In this document: in pieces, positions 46,121 through 58,688 of the stretch
How the letters are laid out: each line of letters opens with the position of its first letter
Numbering within the stretch: position 1 is the first letter of the stretch
Origin: Podarcis filfolensis
Taxonomy: Eukaryota
NCBI GenBank assembly: GCA_964270895.1
Contig: OZ185443.1
DNA length: 64,000 bases
Reading direction: 5' to 3' (one strand)
Position numbers and translations under genes: made by a program
Notes under the pieces: generated by a model
Databases searched by the model: none
The model's input: only the letters and a program-made list of their open reading frames with translations
What the model was told of the DNA's origin: nothing

Positions 46121-46830
46121 CCACCCTTCAGGAGGAAGTGTGATATAAATTCAGTAAGTAAATAAAATAATAAATACAATACTGATGATTTTTTGCAAAT
46201 TGGTGTGAAAATGTGCTGTAATGAACTTAAGACTGGAAAAAATGAGAAACTGAAAGAAACAGAATTGGACAGAACCAGTCTTTCTACTGGGCTGGAGGAT
46301 AATCCCACCCCCAGGATTCAGGCTCCCTAAATACAGTCTCTTAACATATTACCTTTCAGATGATACATTTCAGAAATAATTCAGGATGAGAAAGTAGACA
46401 GATATGTGTAGTATTCAGAGATGTGTGGGATGACATAATTGAAGATGCTATTTATGGCTGAGCACAGGTGTAGTTTCAATTTTTTAAAAAGGCATTACAA
46501 TTTTTTGTCAGTTTCTGCCATTTAATCAAGTGGCAAAGATTTCTGCTACCTGCCATTAAATGCCATAAAAATGTAATCCAAGAATCATTTCCAACATTAT
46601 GCTATTAATCACATACATCATTTGTTTTTGTGTATAGTATCGTGTATTACAGGGAAAGAGGTTCGCCAAATGTTGTTGACCACAACTTATTTCACACCTG
46701 ACATATCCATGATGGAAGGTTACATCTCCAAGTTGCAGAGGATAAGGGGAGGAAGCAGCTAGTTTTGCTGAGTGCTACATAGTTACCTTCACTGCTGGAA
46801 GAATCCCAAAAGCCACAGTAGCTTAATACT

Positions 46831-46910
46831 TTTCTTAGGACCAATCAAAACATCACAAGATAGCCAGCAAACTTCCTAGCTTTCCATAACACTTCATCAG
46901 AATGGATGTT
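46831..46910 (-). mobile_element. Penelope-like element terminal relic with hammerhead-like core, copy 2
   Basis: Minus strand CTGATGA-AGTGTTATGGAAAGCTAG-GAAG-TTTGC; aligns with copy 1. Confidence 0.6.
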
Positions 46911-49900
46911 ATGCAAGGCAGAAGAAAGGATGGGGAAACAACAAAAATCTTTTAAACCAGTTTGATGTTGTAGTCCAAGCAAGGTCCTTATAGCCAAACT
47001 AAGGTCCTCGTCTACACTCGTCTCAAAATGGATATTCCATTAGTCTCTGATAAATGCTGCAGGTCTCAGTTGTACCTATGATTCTGAGACAAGTAAAGCA
47101 ATGGCCCACTCCCATTCTGGGAAACATAAAGTTCAACAGTATCATTTTGGTTGGTTCTAATGTAGATGCTGTCCAACTGTGTAACTGTTCTTATAGACCA
47201 ATATGACTTCCTGTACTTTTAAATTTCAGATTGAGCCTCAGTGGCGAGAGAGACAGAGACAGAGAGAGAAAATGTGTTGCTTTCATTGTTATATCCGGCA
47301 GAGAACAAAAGCAAGCTACACAGAGTTTCTGTTAAGTATAATTGATTTAATTGACACAGGAATGGAAAATGAATGTTTAAAATGGGAAATGGCTAAATGT
47401 GTATTGCTAACTTTGGGGTTCCTTCACAGTAGTTTTCTAAGTGGACTCTGAGCTCTTGCTGAGTTGTTAATTAACTAACTGTTGTTTTCTGTTAGCTAAC
47501 ATGTGAGTGTTGTGACCTTAGATCAGGTGATAAAGCATTTGGTTGCAAATCTCCATTTTGAAGGAAGTTGCCTTTGAGTCTTTTGTTTCCCAAACTCCAT
47601 GGGGTGAAGATGTAAAAGCTGGAGAGCAGGCTGTGGGGAGAGACAGACCTCTGCTTCTAGGTCTGTTTGGATTATTTCATATTTCCTAAGATGCTGAGCC
47701 TTTGCTGGACAGCATAATACATTAAATTGATATTTTGGATGTATGCTTTGATGTTTCTGTTTTGTTTTGAAAAGTTCTCACTTTGAATAATATTTGTATG
47801 GGTCTGGACAATGATTTCTTCTGAAAGGAGTCAGTTCTTCTGCATTGTTTCAAACTGTGCAATATTAATATCTGCAACAGTTTCATGGGAGATATAATAG
47901 AATTATCATAGTGGTTATCCTTGTGTCAATGAAAGCACTAATCTCTGGCAAATTTTGGAACCTACCAAAAAAAGAAAAAAACAATAATTTCACATTTTAA
48001 AACTCTGTGAAATATTTGTAAGGGACTCATACTGATAATGTTTGAGCACCCATCAAGATTTAAGATTCAAAGTGTTCATTGGAATCATGGGGTGTGGTAT
48101 GGAGGTTGCTCAACTACTGTTTCCCAGGATTTTCCAGGATGAAAAATAGTCATCAGTCTGTGTATCTGTTTATCAATCTCTTAAGACTCTTCATTAAATG
48201 TTTGACCATATGGGTTTAAAGTACTGGAACAGCAACAGTGATATCCATTTTTACATTCCTATTTCTGCTTTCAGATAATGCAGATGCCTGGGTCTTATAA
48301 TCTAGAAATTTAGGGATACAGTGGAAGAAATGGCTGGAAGGATAAAATGCCATGGAAAAGTTAAACACGGCTATTATTTCCCAATTGTTACATTGACAGA
48401 CGGCAATGTTTATGCAATGTATAATTCAGAGCAAATTTGCCTAGAGGTCCAAGATAAAGATGTTTTATCCTCCCGAACAAATGTTGTGCTGCAACCTTCA
48501 AATCTAAAGTACATAGTGCAACCTGAGACTGAACAGAATCTCACCCCCTTCCCACTGCAACCAAATCAACATGATGGTATTTACTGTTTCCAAATAAGGA
48601 ACCTGGCCTTCTTTCAAGTCCTTATAGTAATCAATCGTTTAGCAGTAGGAGGGGGGAACATATTCTCCCTTTCCAAAGTCTTTAAAAACCAGCATCCACA
48701 AACTGTCTCCAAGGTCACATTGTTTGCCAGTTGTTCAGTTTACTCAACTTCTGCTTTGAACCAAATAACGTGATCTTTGTTTCATTAATATTTAAGAGTA
48801 ATTTAGATTGTGCCAGATGATCTTATAGCTCATTTAAATCAGTGTGAAGATAATATTAAGATTTCTCCTGCATAATCTACTACCATAAATGATTTGTGTC
48901 GTCTGCATATAAATGGCAAGCTGAATATGATAATTAAGTACAAAGATTATCAATAGGGAATGACAAATGTATCTGACAAGATAAATCCTCCCGGGACCTA
49001 TTTATTTGGTTTCGGATGGTATATATATAAAAAAAGCAATGCATTGTTTCATTCAAAATATTCTACAAAAAGGCATAAGTGATGTGGATCGCTGGGGGGT
49101 GGCGGGGGTGGGGGGAGATCCTACAGTGAATAAGGGAGGCAAACCCCAGGCCAACTGTTTCTGCAATTCTCTTTGTTTTCAAGCATAGCAATTACCGTTC
49201 ACGCAAGCCCCCTTATATTTCCTTATCTTGATTCATGGCTATATTTTGAAGTACGATTAGACATAAAGATGTATTTAGAATACATTTTTATGGCCATTTA
49301 AACTGGTTAATATTAATTGCCAAGTAAATGTCATGCCCACAATAAAAATGCAATACCTGAGCAGCATTAATAATACGGCACCCAAAGCAATTACTTCAGA
49401 AAAATGACAGCTGGGAGGATTATTGGGAAACCCCACAACAGTCAGGTTGACAGTTGTAGATTTTCGTTGTCAAGCAGGCGGTTTCATATGTGTTGTTTAA
49501 AATCAGCTATTTGATTTTCAAGCAGATTTTAAACTCATCACTGGTGGATCAAGGACAAGGCAAAGGATGGGTTAATGCATGGCCACAGTGCAACTTAAAG
49601 TTCTGCAGTATTTCTTTGAAGGATTCAATTTGAGTCAGGATTCTGCCAGGTTATGTGTACGAAGGATACCTAATTTGGTGCCCTCTAGATATTGTTGCAC
49701 CGTCTTTTCCATCTATTCAAGGGATAACCCACCCAAAGAGGACATGCAAGTGTAAAAATACTGTAGAGGCCGAAATCACACAGTAGATTCGTGAATTTTA
49801 CATGGGGAATAAGCAGTGTGATTTTTGCCTTATATGTGTAGGATTGTGGGTGCATCTGTCTCATTTCAATGGATGGCAAAGGTGAGGCCAGAGTCCTGAT

Positions 49901-50170
49901 TTTACCTGTAGGATCAGGCGGAAGGAACTAGGTGACTCCGCTGTCTGTTTTCTGAAATAAATGTTAACAAATTAATCAACTATATACAGGGTGTTTTACT
50001 CTAACCACTAACCACGGGGGGGGGGGTGTATCCCACTATGTTCTCATTCAGAACTTCCTTGCCACTTGTGCTGTCAAGGCTATTTCATCGTCCAAAAGAG
50101 GTAGAAAATATGTGGATGCCAAAATGAGAGGCAGAGGAAACTTAGGATATTTCGCATGTTGTGCTGTGTA

Positions 50171-50385
50171 CAGTGGTACCTCTACTTAAGAACGTGATGC
50201 ATTTCGGGGTGCCGTCCACACCCCCAAAAAGTCCATAAGTAGAGCGCCGCTACTGTGTGTGCACGAAGCGCGATAGAGCAGACTGCTTCTGCGCATGCAG
50301 CGAACCTGGAAGTAAACACTTCCGGGTTTGCCACATTCGTAACCTGAAGAGCCACAACGTGAAGCAAACATAACACGAGGTATAA
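50171..50385. mobile_element. Related Tigger-like MITE, different subfamily
   Basis: TA|CAGTGGTACCTC left TIR; degraded right end GAGGTATAA; internal GGAAGTAAACACTTCC palindrome. Confidence 0.7.
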
Positions 50386-51571
50386 ACTTGGCACTTGTCT
50401 CTGAAGATAAGAGAGAGAGAACACCAAGTTGTACCACAGAAACCCCAACAGATGTGGCAGGACTACTCTAATGAATTTGCTCATGAAAGCTCTTCTGTGT
50501 CTGTTTCCAGATAATTCTTTACAGCTTTCCATCACATTTCTCTTACAGTCTAAGGATGTGGACCCAAAGCAGGACAAGGGGAAATTAAAAACAATGATTG
50601 TGATACATCTGATATTTTTTTAAAGTCTGTATAGATGACAGTATATGAATCACTTGCTTTTTTAAAAATAAAGTGCTTCCCTGTATTCATTTTTGTAAAT
50701 ACCTTCATCGCTATCATATAACCATTTCGTTCTGAGAATATTAAATATCTCTATGGCTGTGTTCTTCCACAGAATGATAAATGACTCCATTGATTTGACA
50801 GATGTTGCTCCTGTCCAGCAGCAAAAAAATTAGGGAAGGATTCCTAAGCTACATTTTTCTTCCCCAAAGGAATGCCAACAAAACCCACTAACTTGAAATA
50901 CATGCATTTCCTTTTGCAGGAAAAACACATCTAGAGGAATCTTGGAACCTGCCTGCTCCAGTTTATGAATTGTGTAACCCAAAGTTTCTCAATATGAGGC
51001 TGCCCAGATGTTTTGAACTACAAATTCCATCAGCCCCAGCCAGCACAGCCATGGTACAAAATATTTGAAGGGCATCAAGCTGAGGAAAGCTCTTGCAGGC
51101 TAATGTTCTGCTTTCCCCTTATGTGTATTTTCCTACAGATACCCTCCACTACAAAAATGTGAATTCTGCAATGGCTCAAAAAATGGCGAAGACTGTATTA
51201 TCACTGATAGCCCAGCCCAGTATTTTGCACTGGTGGTACTGTATTTTATTACCCAGCCCAGCATTCTGAAATGGCAGCAGCTTCTACACAAGGGGTTGCC
51301 ACTGTTTTTGAGCCAAAGGACACATTTGGAATTTTGAAGTGTCATGGCTGCCAATTCCGAAATGGCTACTGTGTGTGTGGTATCAAACAAAATGGCAGTC
51401 ATATCTAAAAGTTTTTGAACATTTTTAAAGGAAATTCACCAAAATCTAACTTCCAACATGGATTTTCCCAGATACTTCAGTGATACTTTCTCGACTGCCA
51501 TATTCTGGTTATGGCCAGGAAATTCTGGACATATGGCAGCTCAAAGATTGATGACCTCCCTATTCGGTATA

Positions 51572-51797
51572 CAGTGGTACCTTGGGTTACATACGCTTCA
51601 GGTTACAGACTCCGCTAACCCAGAAATAGTACCTCGGGTTAAGAACTTTGGTTCAGGATGAGAACAGAAATTGTGCTCTGGCGGTGTGGCGGCAGTAGGA
51701 GGCCCCATTAGCTAAAGTGGTGCTTCAGGTTAAGAACAGTTTCAGGTTAAGAACGGGCCTCCGGAACGAATTAAGTACGTAACCAGAGGTGCCACTG
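51572..51797 (+). mobile_element. Tigger/pogo-like MITE, copy 4
   Basis: Same TIRs and TA TSD. Confidence 0.92.
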
Positions 51798-52409
51798 TAA
51801 CCAGACTACTACCCATAAAATCTAGTGTAATCTAGCAGCACAAACCATCAACACGGATTCCTTGAAATAAAATCCTTGTATTTGTATGGTCTCACCCCCC
51901 CCCCCAATTCAGTTCTAGTGTTGATCATTACCTCTTCTGGTGGCACAAAGTCAATTCAGTACTCAATGGAGGCGGGAAGCTTTGTTTTGTTTGTTTTGAA
52001 ACATGTTGTGTGTCAATTTAATTGGGCAAAACTGTATTACTAGTGTTATGTGAAAGGCTAAACATCTATCCCCTGCTCATTTTCACCAGAAGGAGCATGA
52101 GGTTAAATGCTATAAAGAAAAAAGCAAAAAAGCAAGCAAACAATCCATGAGCAAGTCTGTGGCAGAGATAAAAAGCACAAAATGCAGACCAAAGCAGGAA
52201 AGCTGTTTTATATGATCAAACCGCAACAATAGCACCTAGATCAGAATGACTTAATAATACAAAGACAAAGAAGTATGTAAGAGAGGACACTGGAACAGGA
52301 ATTTTGACCTTGGAAGAAAAGTGGGTCTATTATGTAGATACTTGAAGTTTTCTCCTAAAACCCAGAAAAAAATATACAAGTGATTGGGGAAGGAGGCATT
52401 TTGTAGCAT

Positions 52410-52546
52410 AGAGTCAGACCAGAGCTAGAGGCTCTAGTTAAGTATTGTCTACACAGTTTGGCAGCAGCTCTCCAGGGTTTCAAACTTGCTCTACCTGAAG
52501 ATACAGAAACTTAAACCTGTGACCTTCTGAAAGCAAAGCATGCTGC
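52410..52546 (-). mobile_element. Squam2-like SINE, degraded
   Basis: GAGTCAGACC...AGTATTGTCTACAC...GGCAGCAGCTCTCCAGGGTTTCA. Confidence 0.7.
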
Positions 52547-54665
52547 TTTTGTTATATTGTGCTGACATAAGACTTCTTAGATATTGAGGTTTACCTCTTC
52601 ATTAATTATTCTTTAAATTACCTAAAATATGCCATACACCAAAAAGAAAACAGACGAATGCTCCTGAAGAATAATGACAAAGAGAAGAAAGCTAAGCACA
52701 TGCTTGTTACTGAATAAAATATTCAAGAGGATATATTTTGTGCCTATGTTCCCTCTTATCATGTAACCATGGCTTGTTTTCATTTCAAGTTGCCTACAAC
52801 AGGTGCCAGACTCTGAACAACATAAATGTATTTTGTACCTTCTAACAGCTGAGACTAGAGGAAGAATTGAAATCTTAAGGAGATATTACACAACGGGACT
52901 GTCTCGGATGGCTATGAGCAGTTCCAGAATTTAAAACATCTCCTTGCCCTGAAGTTAAATTGGGCCATGGCTGATACTCATTTTGTAACTTAATATCACA
53001 GGACTTTGAGAGACAGACAGAAAGAGGTGACATTTGGAACCTGTAGAATTTGCAACACAAGCAGGATTTGGTTTGCCTTTTTTAAAAGCCAGCTACAGAT
53101 TTTGCCATGTAGTTGATATTCAAATGTAAAAATTAACTTTGGTAGTTGTATGAGAATGTGATTGGGTACCATCAGAACAACTGTCCTAGCTGTTTAACAA
53201 AGCTTTCCTATGCAAGACTACTGAAAAACATGTCCCACTGAGTTCAGTGCGGCTTGCTCTCAATATAATCTTGGAGCCTAAATGTATTGCTGAGTGAGGA
53301 CTAACAAGACCCCATGGGTGGTAAGTGAGGTATAGGCATAGAGAATGCTAAAATTTAAAAATAGGCTGCAACCTTCTTTTCACTTAACCTGGAACTCAGC
53401 ACCACTGAACTCAATGGTAAACGTACTTCTAAGGAGATGTGAACATATTTGAATGGACAAGTTGCTTTTATTTTTATTGCCTTTTAAGCATGGGACATAA
53501 ACACTGCCTCTCTTAAATCCACTGACATCTCCTGTCAGGATCATCAAGTCCAGCCCCCTGCAATGTTATGTATTTTTGTGCTTATATTGTAAGCCACCTT
53601 GTGATTCTCAGGTGAAGGGCAGTAAAGACATTTTAAGAACAACAACATAGTACTAAGGAAATTGTTTCATCTGTATGAGCATTTCTGCTTGCCCAGCAGA
53701 GTGATCTCCCCTCTCTTTCCTCCACAGGCTGTTCTGGGGGCGGGGGGTTCTTCAGACCCCCCTGAGCAGACCGAGGGAGGTTCAGGGAGGTTCAGAGGAG
53801 TTATTGTACTGGCTTCTACCAGCATAAAGGGGTAGTTTAATCCACACCTACATCTTTAGCAATTTATTCCTCAATTTCTTTCCAAGTATCCCTTTTTGTC
53901 TGCTTGCATTTCATCTGCCAAAAATTCTGTTCCTTTTCGTTCATTTGAACAAGACTTTTATTTTGCTCTCACTTCTAATAGCTTCTTTGACTATGCTTGT
54001 TAATAACACAGACATCCTCTTGGCCCCTGTGGTACCTTTCTTGACCTGCGGTATATATTCTAGCTGAGCTTCTTATATTCTGGTTTTAGACAACTCCTTA
54101 ACATTTCAGAGAAATTTGACCTCTTGACTTCTCCTTTCAATTTCCTTTTAACCAATCTCCTTGTTTTGATTCCTCAAATGTGACTTCTTTTTCCTTGCAA
54201 TTGTCCATTTATTTAGATATGCATATATATTGAATTTGATAAAACTATGGTCACTGGTCCCAATTGGTTCAACAACAGTTACCGTACATCTTGTACCAGG
54301 TCCTGGGCACTACTTTAGTTTACTTAAACTAACCACCCTTTTGGGAAGTTGATCTCACTATAATGTATATAATATATCAAACCATCTCATTTTAATGTGG
54401 AAGACTGTGATCAGATTATCTGTGTGCCTGCTCAGTCTCCTGTCCAGATACTAACTACTGACAGGCAACTTCAACGCTCTCCTGTCCTAAGGATTTTTAT
54501 CTCTGGGCCACAGACAAAAAATTGACAGTCCACAAAATGGTGGTATCTTATGTAAAGTAGGCTATCCATAGGTAAGTGGATATAGGATTGCAGCCTAAGT
54601 GACATATAGCAGAATCTCACTTGTAGATCTCGCTTCTGTGATTGAAACCCTAGAAGAACAATTCT

Positions 54666-54980
54666 ATAAGAATGTAAGAAGAGCCTTCTGAATTAGGCCA
54701 GTGGCCCATCTAGTCCAGTATCCTGTTCTCACAGTGGCCAACCAGATGCCTGTGGGAAACCTGCAATCAGGATCCAAGCATAAGAATGCTGTCTGCTCCT
54801 GTGGTTTCGAGCAAGAGGTATTCAGAAGCATTACTGCCTCTGACCATGGAGGCAAAGCATAGCCATTAGGGTTCACAGTCACTGATAGCCCTTTCTCCCT
54901 TGAATTTGTCTAATCCTCTTTTAAAGCTATCCATGTGGATGGTCATTCCTGCCTCTTGTGGAAGTGAATTCCATAGTTCA
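54666..54980 (-). mobile_element. CR1-type LINE 3' end
   Basis: Same family as 15737-15875, longer. Confidence 0.82.
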
Positions 54981-56364
54981 TAAATTGGAGGATCAGGTCC
55001 TTAATGGGATTAAATGAGTTCTGAATCTTTTTTTAAAGAATAGAAAGCAAGTCTGAGTTGGGTCTTGGAAGACACGGTGGTACTTGGTGAGTTTCAGGAC
55101 AATCAATTGTAACGCAAAGTCGTGATTTCTCTGGTCACCTAATATTTTACGCTCACTAACTTGTAAACCTGAACAGAATTTTAAAAATGGATATAGCTTG
55201 TTCAATATAATAGTGCTGAGCAGTTTACCATAAGGCACTAATGGAGCTGGTATACCCAGAATTTTATTCACCCCCGATTCATAATTACTTTTGTAGCCCA
55301 AAAGGAATGCAGTCCAGAAACTTGGATTATGGTTCCACTTTCAAGTAAACTCCGTAAGGATGATAGCATAGGAACCTTCACTAGAGGTCAAGAAATATCA
55401 CCTGCGTCATTATTTTATAGTTTAAATCTATAGAATTAATTATGCCCCATATTATATATGCTCTACGTCCACGTTAAAGGTCTTTCCCAGATTTATTTAC
55501 TTCATGACATTCAAAGGCAGCAAATGTCATCATATTAGTAAAACCAGCACAAATCTTTTACAGAGAAATGCTCTCAATTCGAATCCTACTTGCTGCCATC
55601 TTTTCCTTTAGCAATTTCCCAAGACATGAGGAATAGTTTTTATTTATTTATTTTTAAAAGGAACAACAGGGTGCTTGCTGCATTGGTTGTGGTGCAATTA
55701 CAGAGTCCAAAAACCCCACTGTTTTGTATATGCAGCTATACAGTGGTGCATTGTAATGCATGACATAATTATAACAAACAGGATGTTTGTAGCATTGGAT
55801 GTAGTGAAATTTCAGTACATGATTAGAGCTGTGGAAAAAAATGTATGCTGCTGCATAGCCATGCATAGTTATGTATGGCACTTGATTCCTTCCACCTGAA
55901 GGCTACATTGCAATCTAGGCAGGAAACCCAGCAACCTTTAATGTTAAATATAATAGATAGCTTTCACAGAAATTAAGCTGCAAGGAATTTGATGAATGTG
56001 ATGGGCGATATATAAATAAAATGCAACACATTCATCACATTCCTGTTCTAAGAATAAAAGGATCAGTAGCAGTTTCCATTATAAATACTATTTTGAAGGG
56101 GATTATGATTAATCTGTTTTAATTCATTCCACACAGATTCAGGAGTGTTTATATTTACAGAGGTTTAATGGATGGTATTACATGTTTCCAGCATCCCCTG
56201 GTTGTGGTGATTGTGCCAGGAGCTCTTGACTTTTTGTAAATCTTCCTCCTATCTTTTCTCTCGCCTCACTGATTTGTGAGAAGTGAGAGGAACCTATCTG
56301 TAAATAACATTAAAAACCTATACAAGGAATCTGTTTATGTTTACAGTGCATTTGTAATATTTAA

Positions 56365-56996
56365 GGCCCCATCTTTAATATACAAAGCAGTATCATACCA
56401 CTTTAAACAGCCATGGCTTCTTCCAGAAAACCCGTGAAAGTCTGATTTGTTAAGGCTTCTGTGAGTTGTGGTTCGAGGACCCGACCCCCGCAATGTGAAA
56501 TGAATACACAAGGACACGAGATATAAGGTTAATGGGCAAGTTATAAGGTAAACGGGACGTACGATGCTGACTCGCGACGGGACGACGGAGAATGAGGCCG
56601 AGGAGGGGCTGGCGCCGCAGCATTTAGGCTGCTGAAAACGCCCCTTCGGAGGCACCTGGTTGGGTGCCTGCCGATGGGGGTGGGCGCCAGCCAGGTGAGT
56701 GGGGAGGCGGAGCTCGGGCTCCTGCCCACAACCACTCCCCTCTCTTCCAGGGAGGAGAGTCTTTGTTAGGAAACCTCTATTCCTCCACCCCCAGCTACAG
56801 CTCTGAGAGTGGTTTAACAATCAGTCCCTCTTTCCAGGAAACTCTGGGAATTGTAGCTCTGTGAGGGGAATAGGGTTCTCCTCCTAACGACTCTCAGCAC
56901 CATGAACAAGCTACAGTTCCTAAGATTCTTTGGAAGAAGGCATGACTATTGAAAGCGGTGTGATCATGCTTTAAATGTTCAGTGCAGAAAGAGCCC
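56365..56996. mobile_element. Long palindromic PIF/Harbinger-like MITE, interrupted by a nested insertion
   Basis: TAA on both flanks. Left arm AAAGCAGTATCATACCACTTTAAACAGCCATGGCTTCTTCC is an inverted repeat of the right arm GGAAGAAGGCATGACTATTGAAAGCGGTGTGATCATGCTTT. Confidence 0.8.
56470..56762. mobile_element. Unclassified CpG-rich, LTR-like nested insertion (about 290 bp)
   Basis: Interrupts the MITE arm at GAGTTGT|TAGG; TTGT on both sides (56466-56469 and 56763-56766); many intact CpGs; no TG...CA pair. Confidence 0.65.
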
Positions 56997-57293
56997 TAAT
57001 TTTCCATCTTATGCAGCACTTTCTATGCTCAGTCTTCATTCGGTTGTTTTGGGATTTTTCTCTCCCAACCACCTGCTTGGGATTCCCTTAAGCTTGCTAA
57101 TAGTCATCTCTAGTGCATGAATTGTGTCATTTGGACTACATAAGGATAGACCAAATATACAAGCCTTTTTTTTTTTTTTTAGAGAAACACACACACACAC
57201 ACCAAATAATCTAAGCACAGGAAGAGACAGATTGCATTAACATGCATGTCTACAGGTCAGTTGCCGCTTTTATTTCAAAATATGCCACAATCC

Positions 57294-57365
57294 TTTCATT
57301 AGGACCAATCAAAATGCCACAAAATAGTGAACAAGCTTCTGAGTCTAGCAAAATCAGGCTGAATG
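57294..57365 (-). mobile_element. Penelope-like element terminal relic, copy 3 (core deleted)
   Basis: TTAGGACCAATCAAAATGCCACAAAATAGTGAACAAGCTT...TCAGGCTG aligns with copies 1 and 2. Confidence 0.55.
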
Positions 57366-57789
57366 TTAAGCAAAGGATGGGCATGGGGAAAGAGAGTGAA
57401 AAACCTAAAAGTTGTTTTTTTAATCCCTTTCTGTCTAAACTCTCACCATCCTGCAAGAGATGTCTACATAATCAGCTTTCTTAAACAATCTGTTTGCCAG
57501 CTGACAGAGTTCTGCAAAAGAAACTTGTTTTTGACATTGGTTCCCACATGTGCTTCCTCAAGAAACCTTTCAGTGGATGCATACATGTGGAAATTATTGC
57601 CGTGGACCAGATCTTCCTTGGGGATTTGTTTTTAAAAAGGAAGGTTCTGTGGGCTGAATACCAAATGATCTTAGCATCATTGGAGCAAAATCTGCATGCA
57701 AGCCCTCTTTTGGATACAAATGCAATATTGAAAGAGATTATGCTGGTTCTGTTACTTTTTTAAAAAAGTGCAAATTCATTCCAACTTAT

Positions 57790-57867
57790 GCAGCTTAGCT
57801 CAGTCAGTAAAGCACGAGACTCTTAGATGACCTTTGTGGTCCTTTCCAACTCTACAGTTCTATGATC
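57790..57867 (+). mobile_element. tRNA-Lys-headed SINE with CR1 tail, internally deleted
   Basis: TAGCTCAGTCAGTAAAGCACGAGACTCTTA (tRNA-Lys(CTT)-like) is fused directly to GATGACCTTTGTGGTCCTTTCCAACTCTACAGTTCTATGAT. Confidence 0.72.
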
Positions 57868-58519
57868 TTGTTAAAGTTGGAGACATTCACACTGGTCTCT
57901 TTCCATGCTTTCCACTTGCCTCCTTGAAACCTGCATACTATTTGGTAAGACAAATGAACTGTGCACTCTTCCCTTAAGAACAACCCAACCTCCCCCATTC
58001 CTTTTCTTCCATTGGAGCTATGAGGGAGCCCTATATAACCTTACTAATATGCTAATCAACACCAGTGGAATGCCTGAATCCAGTAATGAAGGTTCAACCA
58101 ACAGCACTTAGATGAGTGGGAAGTGGAGGAGGTAGAATGACAGAAACTATTTGGCACATTTTACATCCCAAAGCTATGCAGGCTTAATCAGAAGTAAATT
58201 CTATTGAACTTAGTAGGGCTCATGTCCAAGGAAGTGTGCATTCCCCCCCCCATAAAATTTATACACAAGGCTTATCTGATGTCCTCTGTGCTGTTCTTTC
58301 ACCAACAAGAAAAAAGCTTTTCAAACATCTGTTTATGTCATTTTTACTTTATCCTGTTGCTATGCTGCTTTATCTATTCTGTTGACATTGTGCATGTGTG
58401 TATAATTTTATTCAACAGCCCTGAGAACACTGCTGAAGGGTGGAGCAGAAATGGACTAAATCAACACAGTCAAAGATTGGGATTTCTTCAAAACATCACT
58501 CCCTATGGAGGAAAAGGAA

Positions 58520-58688
58520 GGACAATAGCTTGATGTCCTTGGCATGCAAAAGATCCCATATTTAATTCCTGCCATCTTCAGGTACAGCGAAGTGAGACTT
58601 CCACCTGAAATGCTAGCGAGCCACCAATAGTCAGAGTCGACAACACTGAACTGACTGACTCAAGATAAGGCAATTTCTCATGTTCCTA
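58520..58688 (+). mobile_element. Squam2-like SINE, degraded
   Basis: GCATGCAAAAGATCCC...CATCTTCAGGTA...TAAGGCAATTTCTCATGTTCCTA. Confidence 0.65.

Noticed and set aside
51833-51856. miRNA seed-like strings (TAGCAGCAC here; AACATTCA at about 42688; TGTAAACATC at about 41760)
   Set aside because: Similarity stops after the seed and no precursor hairpin is evident.
52889-52963. Protein-like peptide EILHNGTVSDGYEQFQNLKHLLALK on the plus strand
   Set aside because: The upstream region is purine-rich (poor acceptor) and there is no donor; likely chance.
56470-56762. CpG-island promoter/first exon of a host gene
   Set aside because: It interrupts a MITE arm and has junction repeats, so a nested mobile insertion is more parsimonious.
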